This document shows, one piece after another, positions 44,211 to 63,457 of a stretch of 64,000 bases of DNA; position 1 is the stretch's first letter, and each line of letters opens with the position of its first letter. Source of the stretch: the human T2T-CHM13v2.0 reference genome, Homo sapiens; assembly GCF_009914755.1 (NCBI RefSeq), contig NC_060947.1. One strand, given 5' to 3'. Position numbers and translations under genes: made by a program. Under the pieces are notes generated by a model. It saw only the letters and a program-made list of their open reading frames with translations. It did no database searches and was not told the DNA's origin.

Positions 44211-45899
44211 AAAGAGCACTTAAAAGCAAACTTATGTTCCTGTAGTGACAGTTTAGGATGAAGAGAGGTCACACCCACCCAGACTGGGTTTCAACTCCAG
44301 ACTGAGACTCAAGCTCACCCCTCACTATTCTCCATCACGCCTTGGAAAACAGTCCAAAGCTGCTGTAGATTGTGGCTTAGAGACACAATCGTGAAGGATC
44401 TAAAAGGCTTAGGATTTTATAAAATGTATTATTTTAGGTGAATCACACTCAGATTGCTCTTTAACCAACAATAAAGAAACGGGCTTGGATAAAAGGTTGC
44501 AGATAATGTCACCAAAGCTGTGCAGTTGTCATGAGAGAGTGTTCCAGACGTGCATGCAAACATACACACACACACCCCTGGGTCCTGGTCCCCTGCTGTC
44601 CAATGAGTGTGGGATACCTAGCCCTCCTGTCACATCGTTGGAGCTCACAGGAAGTTATCCTTGAGAAAGGAGCATCATCCTCATCCTCATTAAGAGAGCA
44701 CTGACTGGACTGAAAAAAAAAGCTGACTCCCCGCCCAGCCAGCTTGGTCCCCAGAGGCAGCGACACTCTATTTTTAAAGATGAGGTTACCCGCTGGGCAC
44801 CCTAAGCTGACTTGACGTCAAACTGAGTGGCCCCCTGTGACACCAGAACCCCTCACCTCTGCCGCCCTCCTGCCCGCATCCTGCTCTCTGCCCCGGCCTC
44901 CAGCCCCAGCTCCACCTTTCCCAAGGGACCCATGTGGGTGCCCCAAAGAATGACAAACGCTGATGCTGAGTGCCAAGGAACGGCTGGACCTCATCAATTT
45001 TCCATTGTCGAGTTGTATTTCCACCTACTGTGGCGGCTGCGCCAGTCAGGGTTCCTGCCCCACCCTTCTTCCGCGCAAAACACACCCAGCTCTAAGATTA
45101 GACCAGGACAGCTTTCCGGGGGGACCAAGACAAGGGGGAAGGCAGAGAGAGAGGAGGGAGGGAGACAGAAAAACCAAGACCGGAAGGGGACAGGGAGAGA
45201 GACACCAAGAGACAGAGGAGGAGAAATGCAGAGAGACATGAACAGAGACAGAAAGAGGGAGAGAGAAGAGAAACACAGAAAAGAGAGAGAGAATGAGATA
45301 AAGAGGAGGAGGGAGGGAGAGGAGAAAGAGAGAGGGCCTCCTCCCACTCTGTCCTTCCAAATTCAGGCTTTCCTCGTGGGCCCTTCCTCAAGGTCTAAGT
45401 GGCAAAGAGGTCACTGAAGGAAGCTAAGTCCCCTCTTCCTCAGCGGTTCTAAAGGCCCCACTGGCTATGCCCGCTGGTCTTCCTAAGTCATAAGCTATGG
45501 CCTCGAGCCCTTGGGCTTCCCAGCCCAGCTTCCTCCTTTCCAAAATGAGGACAAACAGGAGTTAGAGGGCCTGAGAGCCGACGCCTCACCAACACACCCA
45601 GGACAGCCCCCTCTACTCTCCCATTTATTTTCTTGACAGCCAACACCCCACTTAGCCATACGGAGTCCCTAAGTGGCACAGGCGGGCCGATGACAACTGT
45701 TTAAATCCAGCGCCCACGTTCAGTTGGGATATTCTGACCCACTCAGGGCTGCTCCATAAAGCAGCGCGTGTCCGGATGCAAGAGCACCGAGAACTCGAAA
45801 CCTCTCTGTCAAGCTGCCCATTCGGGGTTAAGTTCAAAGACAGAGGACAAAGGAAACGGATAAAGCGTCCGATACAAGAATTACCCATTTCAGAGGCAC

Positions 45900-47390
45900 A
45901 AGACGAAGAGCACAGGCGGTGTCAGGACATGTTAGGATCCGTCCCCAGCGCTGCCGTCCTCGTCCCCACAGCGCCCCGGGACACCTGTCCCCCACAGCCC
46001 AGCTGCTCCTGCAGCCCCTGGAGAAATCTGTACATTCCCTGCCTCTGGGCACACAGGGAGGCTGGCCTAGGGGAGGCCTGCAGGGGTCTTCGCACCCCGC
46101 GCCAGTGTCCCTGGGGCCGCTGCTAGGGAGGGAGCACGAGGTCCCCCAGGCGAGGTGACCCGCAGGAGGTTTTGTGACGTCGGACGGCCCAGGCCCCAGA
46201 GTGCTGTGTGTGCTGGGGGTGGAGGGTGGTCTCCGAGAGGAGCCGTCGGCATTTCAGGTTAGGCACCCGGCCGGTCGGGGGTACTTGCCTGGGCTGGGGG
46301 GCTGGGGAGTGCGCTCCACCCGGGAAGACCCGGGGCGCAGGTGCAGCCCCGCACGGGGACTCCGAGCCGAAGTAGCGGGTCAGGGCCCTCCCCAGGAGGT
46401 CGGCACCCAGGGCCCTTTGTCCTACTACAACGTCCCGGCCACGCCGCGCGCCCCTGTGGGCCGAGTCCCCGCCCGCACTCACTCACCCACGGTGGCCAGC
46501 GTGTCAAAGTCCTGCAGGCTGTACGCAGGCGGCTCCGGCGACAGCGCCTCAGGGCTGGGGCAGAGCGCGGGCGCCCCGTCGGGGGTCTCCTCCGCCACCT
46601 TGCGGGAGTCGCTCTCCGCCGCGGCCGCCTGGGCCAGCCCGGGCGCCTCCATGGGGACGCACTCAGGTCCGGGGCACCGGGCCAGGCCGGAGCGCTCGGG
46701 GAGCCGGGCTTCCCGGGACGCAGCCTCGGAGGGCGGCGCGGCGGCGGCATCAACAGAGGCTCCCCATGCGCGCTCTCGCCTCCTGGTGCGCGGTCCGGCG
46801 CGGCTGACGGAGCGACGGGGACAATGGCTGGGCGGCGCTCACGGCACAAGCAGCAACGGCCCCGAGTGGGAGCAGCCGCCAGCCTCGGGGGGCGGGCACC
46901 GAGTGCGGGACGACTGCGGGGAAGGCGGGGGCCGCGGCCCGGGCTGGGGGGGGCGAGGCGGGGGCCCTGCGCATTCCCGTTCTCGCGCCCGCCGCCTCCT
47001 CCAGCTCGGTAGCCGCGTGCGCGCTGTTGGGGCGGGCGGAAGCCGCCTGGGCGTGACCGCGCCTCTCCCCGCCCTAACCCGGCCGCGGGGCTGGGGGCGT
47101 CGCCTTCGCGCGCGCTCCGCCCCCGCCCCGACCCAGCCCAGGAGCCGGAGACCCGGGCGTGCGGCGCTGGGGAGGTGCCCACGCCCCCTCCGCGCCCGGG
47201 GCACCCCTGGGGTGGGACCCAGGCTGACTTCTCCTCGGGGACGCACTGGCGGGCCACCCGCGTCGCTGCACCCAAGCCCGGAAGATGGGGAGGCGAGGGG
47301 GCCCGGGGACAGGGAGGGCGTAGCTCAGCAGAAGTGAAGTTCAAAACTAAAAAGTGAAACTGGCGTTTGGTGAAGAGAGGGGCTCGGATT
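45900..47390 (-). promoter_or_regulatory. PRKX: CpG island / TATA-less PRKX promoter and GC-rich 5' UTR
   Basis: Very high GC and CpG density around exon 1; GC boxes (GGGGCGGG near 47029, CCCCGCCCC near 47121) and G-runs. TSS inferred near 47.0-47.1 kb. Confidence 0.88.
46487..46652 (-). CDS. PRKX: PRKX coding exon 1 (aa 1-55 plus first base of Gly56), cAMP-dependent protein kinase catalytic subunit PRKX
   Basis: ATG at 46652 reads MEAPGLAQAAAAESDSRKVAEETPDGAPALCPSPEALSPEPPAYSLQDFDTLATV-G, then donor G|GTGAGT (46486-46481). Matches the PRKX N-terminus, not PRKY (MEAPGPAQAAAAESNSREV...). 166 nt, phase 1. Confidence 0.97.
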
Positions 47391-47391
47391 A

Positions 47392-47674
47392 GCCCGGCTA
47401 ATTTTTGTATTTTCTCAGTAGAGACAGGGTTTCACCATGTTGGCCAGGCTGGTCTGGAACTCCTGAGCACAAGTGAACCGCCTGCCTCGTTCTCCCAAAG
47501 TGCTGGGACTACAGGTATAAGCCACCACGCCCAGCCTCTGATTGGCTTTAAGTCATAGAAAATAGGATTGCTCAGCTGGCAATCTGCATACAGATCCCCT
47601 CTGCCCTCCCCCCAAAAAGTTCAGTACTCCTGCGGGTGCTTGTTTGGGACCTGAGAGAATTTGGAATGAGGGCG
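47392..47674 (+). repeat. 283-bp direct duplication, copy B, next to the PRKX promoter
   Basis: Colinear with 43928-44210, including non-Alu sequence gattggctttaagtcatagaaaataggattgctcagctggcaatctgcatacagatcccctctgcc. Confidence 0.93.
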
Positions 47675-49629
47675 GATCCCCAAGAGGGGCTGCCGGGTCT
47701 TCGGGATGAGTTCAGCGTCCTGGTTTTGCTGTAGGACTCTGGTGATTCTAGATTTCTACTTGGAAGGGGCGGGGAAGGGCGGGCTCGACCCTGTGCGTTT
47801 CTTTGCAGCTTCCTGTGGATCTAGAATTCTTTACAAATAAACATTCCTTTAAAAAACTAGGGAAAGACAGATTTGAGAGATCGCCCGACCAAATGTAGTG
47901 CGTGAAACTTGATTGGTCACTGTTTCAAACACCCCGGCGACAACCCTATAAAGAATTGTGCAGAGGCATTTCAATTTCAGAAACCCCAAAGATTTTTTTT
48001 TCCTGGCTTAAGTGTGGCTCAGGCAATAGTTGGACATACTTATATTTAAAACCCATATCCGTGTGGATTTGAAATGCAAATATAGCTAGATATTTGGTCA
48101 CCCCTTTCCCCAGGGAAATGCAGACAGTGCTTAACTTGCGGGCCTGGCACGGCCTGGACGCTGCGCCCCTGACCCGCGACCAGGGCGGCCCAGGCTGCCG
48201 GTTCGCCGACCACAGTTTGAGCAGCAAGGGGTCAAACTGCAAACGCCTTTGTTTTGAGGGATCTCAGCGATTCTGCGATTGGAGGGGGTCTCCAGTCCCT
48301 CAGTCCGCAGGTCAGGGGGGCTTTCTGAGAGCCAAAGCGGCCTCTAAGTCAGAACGGACACATTTTTAGGGGGACCAGGCCGAGCCATCCTTCCACAGCT
48401 AACGGGGAGGGGGAGTCAGGAAGTCTGAACCTGGCTCAGGCTTTGGATTTCTGGCCCCTGGCTGCCAGCCTCGCCCAGCCTCCACCTGCATTTTGTGGGT
48501 GGCATTTCCCCCCGGGGGTGACACCCGCTCCCTATGCTCTGCAAAATCCTGAGCTGGAATGCAAAACATATGCGACACCAGCAGGCCCCTGCCATCCCCT
48601 GAGCCTGGTTAGGACAGGTCACGGCCCTGCCAAGCTTCACCAGCAAGCCGCGCAATCCCTTGATCCTGGTTAGGACAGGAAACGGCCCTGCCAAGCCCTG
48701 CCTGGCCGAGGGGTTCAGGGCCAGCAAGGAACGCGCACTCAGGAAAAGTTCGTGTCTCCCCGCGGAACGCGCGCCCTCTCCACTAGGGCCTGACCTTGGA
48801 AATGCAAGGCTGCGGCCTCATAAAGTCCTTTTAATCAAGGCCCGGGTTTCACACCCAATTAAGCAGATGTCCTTGCCTGCAAATTGCACGCAGGAAGAAG
48901 AACGTGGCACAGATTTGCAGCGTTAAACTCTGCTTGAGCTGCTGGTTGGTCTGATTCCACCGAACCCACCCTGAACTTGACCGCATAGCTACCTCTTCTT
49001 ATAAATAGACCCTGCACGTTTCACAACACCTTGCTTGACAAAACAGCTTTCATCTGGAAGGATCATAAAAATCCTTGAGAAACCACAGCCTATTACTTGA
49101 GAGACAAAAAAGGAAAATCCCTGTGAGTTAGGCATGGAAGGGTCATTACCGCCTTAATGAAGTGGCATTAATTTGCGGTGGAGTCAGGAATTGCTGAACT
49201 CTGCCATTCGGAAGGAATAAGTCCCTGACCCTAAACCAGAATGAGCTATAAATTCAATACAATGATAGGTGCAGGTGTTGTTAAATATGAGAAGAATCAA
49301 AATTGTACCATCTGGCTTAGCACAGAGACTCACACCTGTGATCTCAGCACTTTGGGAGGCATGGGGGTTCGAGACCAGCCTGGGCAACATTGGAACCCAC
49401 CCCCCCATCTCTACCAAAAATAATTTTTTAAACTAGCCACGTGTGGTGGTGCACACTTATAATCCCAGCACAGAGGCAAAGGCACGAGGATGCCTTGAGC
49501 CCAGGAGGTCAAGGCTGCAGTGAGCTATGACTGCACCACTGCCCTCCAGCCTGGGCAACAGAGTGAGATCCTAACTAAAAAAAAAAAAATCATACAATCT
49601 CTGAAGGGAGCTGAACACTCTTTAAGCAT

Positions 49630-51062
<1,433 letters not shown>

Positions 51063-52327
51063 CCATAGCTTCAGAAACACACAGTGCCTCCATACTTTGT
51101 TATTTGACCAAGTGTAAGAGGTCTTCCCAGGGCATCTGGAAAGGGGTCCTCCAAGCAATACAGTGATCAATTCCTGTTTAGACCACGCCAGGAATGGAAA
51201 CTCTATCATTTCCTGAGGATATATCCACCTATGATTTGGTCTTAGAAGGCAGGAAGGGAATTCTGATAAACGTTTAGTTACAGCAATACAGTTTCAAATT
51301 TTAGTACTCAGATATCACCATAATTACGGTAATGCCCTTGGTTGCGTGCCTACTGCGTCCCAGGAATAGAATCCGTCTTTTCTCATGCTCAACATAGTTC
51401 ATTCTCGTTTTCTCAGATGAGCCATTTATTGGGGCTTGAGTATTTTCATGCATTATCGAGTCATCCCCAATGCCTAGCATGTTCCTTACAAGGACTGATT
51501 CACTGTTGGTAGCTTTGCAATCTTCTCTTCTCATTTTTTCCTTGTCACAGGACGGTACCATCATGGGTTAGTTTTGGCTTTACATGTTAGGACTTCACTA
51601 TAGCCTAGGAGTTGGCTACATTCCAGTACAATCTTCAGTACTTCTGCCTCTGCTGATGGGCCGGGCCCATTGTGACTAATCGAAGATGATGAAATTGATT
51701 TTATAAATGTATGTAAAACCACGGTTATCAGAGATCTGCTGTGGTCTTAGCCCAGCTGAATCACCATCATTCCCAGTCTTAGAAGCCACCTTTTTGCCAT
51801 TTTTCAGGGCCTGATTCTCTAGAGACATAATGTCCAATGGGATTGGGCACGGTGGCTTACGCCTGTAATCCCAGCACTTTGGGAGGCCGACGTGGGTGGA
51901 TCACTTGAGGTCAGGAGTTCGAGACCCAGCCTGATCAACATGATGAAACCTCATCTGTATTAAAAAGACAAAATTAGCCAGGCGTGGTAGTGCATGCCTA
52001 CAATCCCAGGTACTTGGGAGGCTGAGGCAGGAGAATTGCTTGAACCTGGGAGGCAGGCGAGTGAATGAGATCATGTTGCAGTGAGCTGAGATGACGCCAT
52101 TGCACTCCAGCCTGGGCAACAAGAGCAAAACTCTGTCTAAAAAACAATAATAATAATAACAATAATAATAATGTCCAAAGGGACGCCTTTTAAAAACAGC
52201 TGAAACTTGGCCGGGTGCGGTGGCTCATGCCTGTAATCCCAGCACTCTGGGAGATCAAGGCGGGCGGATCACAAGGTCAGGAGATCGAGACCATCCTAGC
52301 TAACACGGTGAAACCCCGTCTCTACTA

Positions 52328-52546
<219 letters not shown>

Positions 52547-52756
52547 CTAGCCTGGCAGACATGATGAGACTCTGTCTCTACAAAAAAAATTAAACATTAG
52601 CCCAGCCTGGTGGTGCATGCCTGTAGTCACAGCTACTTGAGAGGCTGAGATGGGAGGATCACTTGGGCCCAGGAGGTAGAGGTTGTGTGAGCTATGATTG
52701 TGCTACTAGCCTGGGCAACAGAGTGAGACTCTGTCGCAAAAACAAACAAACAAACA

Positions 52757-53110
52757 AACAAGATCATGTCCTTTACAGGGACATGGGTGGAGCTAGAGGC
52801 CATTATCCTTAGCAAACTAACACAGGAAGAGAAAAACAAATACAGCATGTTCTCACTTATCAGTGGGAGCTAAATGATGAGAACACATGGACACATAGAG
52901 GGGAACGACACATACTGGGGCATTTTGGAGAGTGAAGGGTGGGAGGAGGGAGAGGATCAGGAATGATAACTAAGGGTCACTAGGTTTAATACCTGGGTGG
53001 TGAAATTATCTGTACAACAAACCTCCGTGACACAAGTGTACTTATGTGACAAACCTGCACATGTACCTCTGAACTTAAAAGCTAAAAGAAAACAAGACAA
53101 AACAAACCAA
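52757..53110 (+). mobile_element. L1PA 3' end fragment
   Basis: atgttctcacttatcagtgggagctaaatgatgagaacacatggacac...aaacctgcacatgtacc...A-rich tail. Confidence 0.85.
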
Positions 53111-54496
53111 AACCAACTTTTGAAAAAATGAAAAATTATAGGACTTCTGAGTGAAATGAAATTTTCCACATGTGTATTATACTCAGTTCCCAAGTTAGAG
53201 GGTCTTGAATTCTCAATGGGTTTATAGGGATTAATTCATCCCTGGGTGGCCAAATATTATAGTTGGACAGAACGTCATTTAGTTAAAATTCACAACATAA
53301 AACCCTAAGCCACTCTTTCTACAAACTAAGTTTTAAAAATCTGCAAACGTAGAATGCAATCAAAGCGATTTTGTTCATGTATCAAGCGCCGACTTCTAAA
53401 AATAATGTTTCTAAACATGCCTGTTTATTTGGAGGCTTTTCTTGAGCGATTCCAAAGAAAATCCAATAGAAAGCCTTGAGGATGTCCTCGTTGTCTTCGC
53501 TGGTAACCATTCATTAGGAAACGCCTAGATGAGCCTGTAATTAGAATGGGCTGCGTTTACTCCTCATCCAAGAGACACATGATAGTTTTTATTTCTGGGA
53601 TACTGGTAAAGTTTATGGAAAATGCAAACTATGGTATTGAAGGAATGCAGGTGAATAATGTTTCCAAAGCGGTAAACAAAAGCACCAGAAAGAAAAATCC
53701 TTCCTTCAAAAGGGAAGCTAATGGGATGTGTTCATGTTATTGTTTAACTGGATTTCCAGATTTGAACGTCACAGGTAACATTTCACTCGAAGAATAATAG
53801 AAATGATGTGTATGGAAGCAAGTCAGTAAGCAAGATGACTTCAGAGTGAATTCATCAGAGGTTGTTGCAGTGGCTCACACCTGTAATCCCAGCACTTTGG
53901 GAGGCCGAGGCGAGAGGATTGCTTGAGCCTAGGAGTTTGAGACTAGCCTTGGCAACATACGAAGACCCCATCTCTACAAAAAAAATTGTTTTTCAATTAG
54001 CTGGATGTGGTTGCGCTTGCCTATAATCCCAGCGATTTGGGAAACTGAGATGGGAGGATCACTTGAGGCCAAGAGTTTGAGACCAGCCTGGGCAACATAG
54101 TGAGACCCATCTCCATTTAAAAAGAAAAAGAGAGTAAGATAACCATGGACACCCATCGCTGTGTTCTGTAATATGTTAATGAGGTTTCCTTTAAATATTT
54201 AGATCCCTATAATGTCAATGTGGGAAAGCAAAAACGTGTGTGAAAACTCTTAACCAACTCTCCTGTATCCTATAAGATACGACACTGGCCTTGTTATTTG
54301 GAATTCACTTGCGTCGGATCCTTTTTTATTCATTTATTATTTGGAAGAGATGGAGTCTTGTTCTGTCACCCAGGCTAAAGGGCAGCGGTGTGATCATGGC
54401 CCACTGCAGCCTCAGACTCCTAGGCTCAAGCGACTCTCCCACCTCGACCTCGCAAGTAGGTTGGGATTACAGGTGCACGCCACCACGCCTGGCTAG

Positions 54497-54706
<210 letters not shown>

Positions 54707-55805
54707 TGAAGCTTGCAGGTAACACAAAGTGCAACACAGTAACGTGAGAAAAATTATAACACATCAAGTCACATTATGTCTCTAAGCATAATAAGTAACA
54801 AAGGAGTTTCAATCACTCACTATTTTTGGGGAAAAAAGCTGATTTTGATTCTCACCTTGCACCGTAATTAAAAATACCACAAAGACATCACAAGAAAAGA
54901 AACTGAAATAAATACCAGAAGTATTAAATTGAAATTGGGGACATAAATCAAACTTGAAACAAGCCCAGTCCCTGGTGGGCTCCAAAGAACTTTCTAAGCT
55001 TCATAGAGATCGAACTACAGGGGTAAAGATTAATAGATATGACTACCTAAAAATGTCAAGACAGTTGTTGAAATATAAAACAAAATGAAAATACGTTTAC
55101 AGCAAGCTTACATAGTGCATGAGATGAAAGGCCAGACTGGGCCAGGCATAGCGGCTCACGCTTATGATCTCAACATTTTAGGAGGTCAAAGTGGGAGGAT
55201 CGCCTGAGCCTTGGAATTTGAGACCAGCCTCGGTGACATAGCAAGATCCCATTTCTACAAAAAATAAAAATGAAAAGAATTAGCTGGGTGTGGTGGTGTG
55301 TGCCTATAGTATCACCTACTCGGGAGGTTGAGGTAGGAGGATCACTTGGGCCCAGGAGGTCAAGACTGCGGTGAGCCATGATTGCACCACTGCACTCCAG
55401 CCTGGGAGACAGAGCAAGACCCTGTGAAAGAAAAAAAGGAAGGAAGGGAGGAAGGAAGGAAGGAAGGAAGGGAGGGAGGGAGGGAAAGAGGCAGAGAGAG
55501 AACCGTCAAAGAAATGCAACTAAGAACAAATGTGGCAGTTGTTTGTTTATTTTTAATCTACCGAATACTAGGAAGATAAAGTGTTCCATAATGATGACAG
55601 AATTCTTATATACTTTTGGTTGTAATGTTAATTAGGGCAAAGCCTTAGAGTGTTAGAAATGATTATATGTGTTGGTCCACTCGTTCTATAGCTAGGAATT
55701 TGTTTTTCAAAACTAAATTCCACAGTGCAGCAAAAGCTTCATGGTTATAATTACCTATTTATTTATTTATTTGAGACAGGGTCTCACTCTATCGCCCAGG
55801 CTTGA

Positions 55806-56130
<325 letters not shown>

Positions 56131-56931
56131 ACAAGGCAATACCTTCAGCACCTTAAAATACGAGAAGGCGTGCATTTACGCTGGTTTGTTTATGTGAGGA
56201 AATCTTCAAACTCTTCATAAACAGGAACAGAGTGAGAAAACTATGGTTACATTTTAAGACATATAGGCAGCAATCCAAATTTTATAATACACTCCAATCT
56301 TACAGATATAAAAATATAATGTAAAATGATGAGAAAATGTAAAAAGTGTGGCAGACGGAGTTACTAGAATCTTCATTTTTAATGTGATTCTCCTTCTTGA
56401 CTACAAACATGAATAATTTTCTTGTAATGATGAAACAGACTTCAGAACACACGATAGATGATTTCATAAAAGATACCAATTGAGAGATTTGGAAACCAGT
56501 GTGTGTAAAGTGATGGATGGGGTTAGAGTTATCTTAGGACTTGCTAAATTGCTGTGATTCTGTAATTTATCTCATTTTCTAGGGGAGCGATAAGAGGATA
56601 TGTACTGTGTCTCATCCATGAATCACAGTGTTTCACAGGTCCTGTCCAGCTAGTCATCAATACTTATCGGTACGAGGCTAATACAAAGGAAACCTGAAAA
56701 CTGCTGAAGGGCATAGGAAAAACAAATACCCTGACCTTGGAGGAAAACATGTACTTCAGCTCATTCTTTCCGGCTGATTCCATGTGGCATCCTCCCCGTC
56801 AAAGTGAATGTGGGAACTTGGCCAAGTGAAGTTAAAGTTTATCTGGGAGAATCAATATGAGACACAGAATCGTAAAATTTTGAAAAAAAAAAAAATACTT
56901 GTCATCAGATGGGAACTAGCCTTTTTCCTGA

Positions 56932-57249
<318 letters not shown>

Positions 57250-57355
57250 TGAGCCACTGCACCCGGCCCTGAAGATAGTTTTATATTGGAAAGAGATTGA
57301 GAAATACGTTACATTGGAGTCCGGAAGTCATCCAGCAAGCACGTGACATTTTTAA

Positions 57356-57620
<265 letters not shown>

Positions 57621-57803
57621 TAGCCAGGATGATCTCGATCTCCTGACCTCATGATCCCCCTGCCTCGGCCTCCCAAAGTGCTGGGATTACAGGCGTGAGC
57701 CACCGCACCCAGCCTAGTGAGTTACATTTTTTTAAAATATAAGCCAGGTTCCTTCTTTGCCCCTTATATCAAAATAAAGGGTTTTTATTAGTTATTTTTT
57801 TAA

Positions 57804-57917
<114 letters not shown>

Positions 57918-58012
57918 TAGCCCCAAAATAAACTCCCGATAGGTCAAATGTATGTTTAAAAATAAAATCATAAAGTACTACATAAATATATGGACTTTAA
58001 AAATGTAAGTTA

Positions 58013-58375
<363 letters not shown>

Positions 58376-59334
58376 CTATTTAATGCTTTATCTCACCTTG
58401 GTTTGAATGTAGGGCTGGGGAAGGAAAGCTAAAGCCCCCTCCCTTCCAAAAGGAAGTGAACCTTTTGATTCACTGGGATTTGTGTCAGTTTGTGACTGGG
58501 CAGGATTTGTTTCCTGGACGCTGGCAGATAAGTGTCTTTGTAAGAGTTGCCATACAGTGTTTCTGAAATCCTCTGTTGGGTGTAGAGTGAAGGCCCCACA
58601 GAAAACTGGCCTGGGAAAAAGGGATAACACCTTAGAATGCAAGCTTCTGTTTTCAGAGCCGTTCCCTGGCAAAAGAATGAAGTAGTTTCCCAAAAGAGAA
58701 GGCGACAGAAGGATTGAGTGGGGTTCACTTGGCACCACCCAATTTCCAATTCAGCCGTATTTTCTGAGTAGTTCTACAAACAAAGGTCAAGTTGGGGCCA
58801 GGTGCTGTAATCCCAGCACTTTGGGAGGCCCAGACAAGAGGAAGGCTTGAGGCCAAGAGTTTGAGACCAATCTGAGCAACACAGCAAGACTCTGTGTCTA
58901 TACAAAGTTTAGAAATTACCTGGGCGTGGTGGCGTGTGCCAGTAGTCCCAACTACTTGGGAGGCTGAGATGGGATGATCACTTGTGCTCAGGAAGTCGAG
59001 GCTGCAGTGAACCGTGATTGTACTACTGCACTACAGCCTGAATGACAGAGCAAGACCCTATCTCTAAAAATTAAACACACGTACGCACGCACAAAGGATA
59101 AAGGCTTGAGGGGCTGGAGACTGCATCATCCGTGATGTGCCTATTACGTATTGCATGCCTGTATCAAAACATCGCATATACCCTGTAAATATATATACCT
59201 ACTATGTACCCACAAAAAATTTTTAAAATGTTAAAAAAAAATAATAATAATTTTAAAAAACAAACCATTAAGGCCGGGCATGGTGGCTCACACCTGTAAT
59301 CCCAGCACTTTGGGAGGGCAAGGCTGGTGGATCA

Positions 59335-61392
<2,058 letters not shown>

Positions 61393-62804
61393 GTTGAAAC
61401 CACAGTGGGGAAAAAAGAATGCTGTGTTTGTGGGGTTTTTTAAGTTGTAAAGGCTGTATAAATCTAAGGAGTTTTCACCTATTTTTGTTTGCGCATGTTT
61501 AGGTAACGTTACAACAATTTTACAAATGTTGGGGTTGCTGGCATTTGCAAGGCATTCTTAGACAAATCCAGGAAGACAAACAGTAGGCTTGATTCTTCTA
61601 AAGCCTTCTTAAGCTCATTTCAATACATCTTTAAAATGTTACCAGAATAACTAAGAACATCTTAGTTTCTTGGGGAAGGAATCAGCAAACACAGCTTTTC
61701 TCCAGGAGCAGCAGCTTCTAAACTCCCAACATCCTCTCTCTAATATAACAATTCTATCCAAAGTAATCTTGCCTCAAAGAGAAAATTACTTTGTATAAAT
61801 AAACGGTTTAACATTAGGCAAAGGAAGATAAGATTGTTTCTCAAAATATGTAGACCATGCTGCTGAATTGTTTTGCTTAATGTTTAAAGATATTTGAGCT
61901 GATTCACTCCTTAGCATTTAGTCACGTCAATGTTCTCGTTCATGAGTGTGCGCTTGCATGTGCTTTAACTGAGCAATGAAGATCGCAGTGAGGGGAGAAA
62001 CAATATTCGTTGCACGGACCTCTGATCTTGTCAGAACAACCAGACCTGATTGTGAGTAATTTGTCCAGTTCCACCCAGCTGGGTGCTGAGGTTCAGTGAA
62101 CGTCACTGGCTCTTACTATTACTCATGCCATTTCTTATCTTGGAGAGATGCCGTTGGAACAATTTAGGATCTCTCCTCTAACTCGTCTGATTTTCATTGA
62201 CCTGAAAATTCTTTCAACATACTGACATAAAGCCAATTGAGAAGCATCCACAAATGCTATGAATAAAACAACATTGCTATCTGCATTAAATTAATACCCG
62301 ATTTAAGCATAGTCTTGAAAAGAAAAAAAAGAAGGCTTACAAGTTCAGAAATGAATTGTGGTCATTATATGGATAATGTTAATAAAGTAATTCAAATGTT
62401 GAAACAATGTACAATTATCATCTGTACTTCATAAGCCAACTTTTATTAAAGCAAGAGTAATTTAATTTTTTTTTTAAGAGATAAGGTCTCACTGTGTTGC
62501 CCAGGCTGGAGTGCAGTGGTGCAATCATGGCTCACTGAAGCCTTGACCTCCCAGGCTCAGCCTCCCAAGTAGATAGAACTATGGGCACTTGCCACCATGC
62601 CTGGCTAATAAAAACAACAACAACAACAACAAAACAAACAAACAAAAACTTTATAGAATTGGAATCTCGTTGTGTTGTCCTGGATGGATTTGAATTCTTG
62701 GGCTCAAGCAACCCTCCCACCTCGGCCTCCCAGAGTGTTAAGATCACAGGCATGAGCCACTGCACCTGGCCCTAAGATAGGAGTAAATGAGGCAAGTGGT
62801 ATCA

Positions 62805-63170
<366 letters not shown>

Positions 63171-63271
63171 TTATTATCAATTTAACCCAGGGTTTCGTCG
63201 TTATCCTCTTCATTTTCCTGAAATGGCTGGTCCTCCAGCAGTCACTCAATCATTTCCCAGATATTCTGTGA

Positions 63272-63457
<186 letters not shown>

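Noticed and set aside
44827-45417. 196-aa ORF with an R/E-rich C-terminus
   Set aside because: Derived from a GA-rich simple sequence; no domain or splice support.
46174-47337. 387-aa plus-strand ORF and other long ORFs over the CpG island (including the full 361-aa minus ORF)
   Set aside because: Low-complexity Gly/Arg/Pro/Ala composition, no recognisable domain, and stop codons are rare in very GC-rich DNA. Only the ATG-initiated, splice-consistent part was kept as a finding.
61975-62030. C/D-box-like motifs (ATGAAGA...CTGA)
   Set aside because: Imperfect box C, too short, no terminal stem and no host intron.
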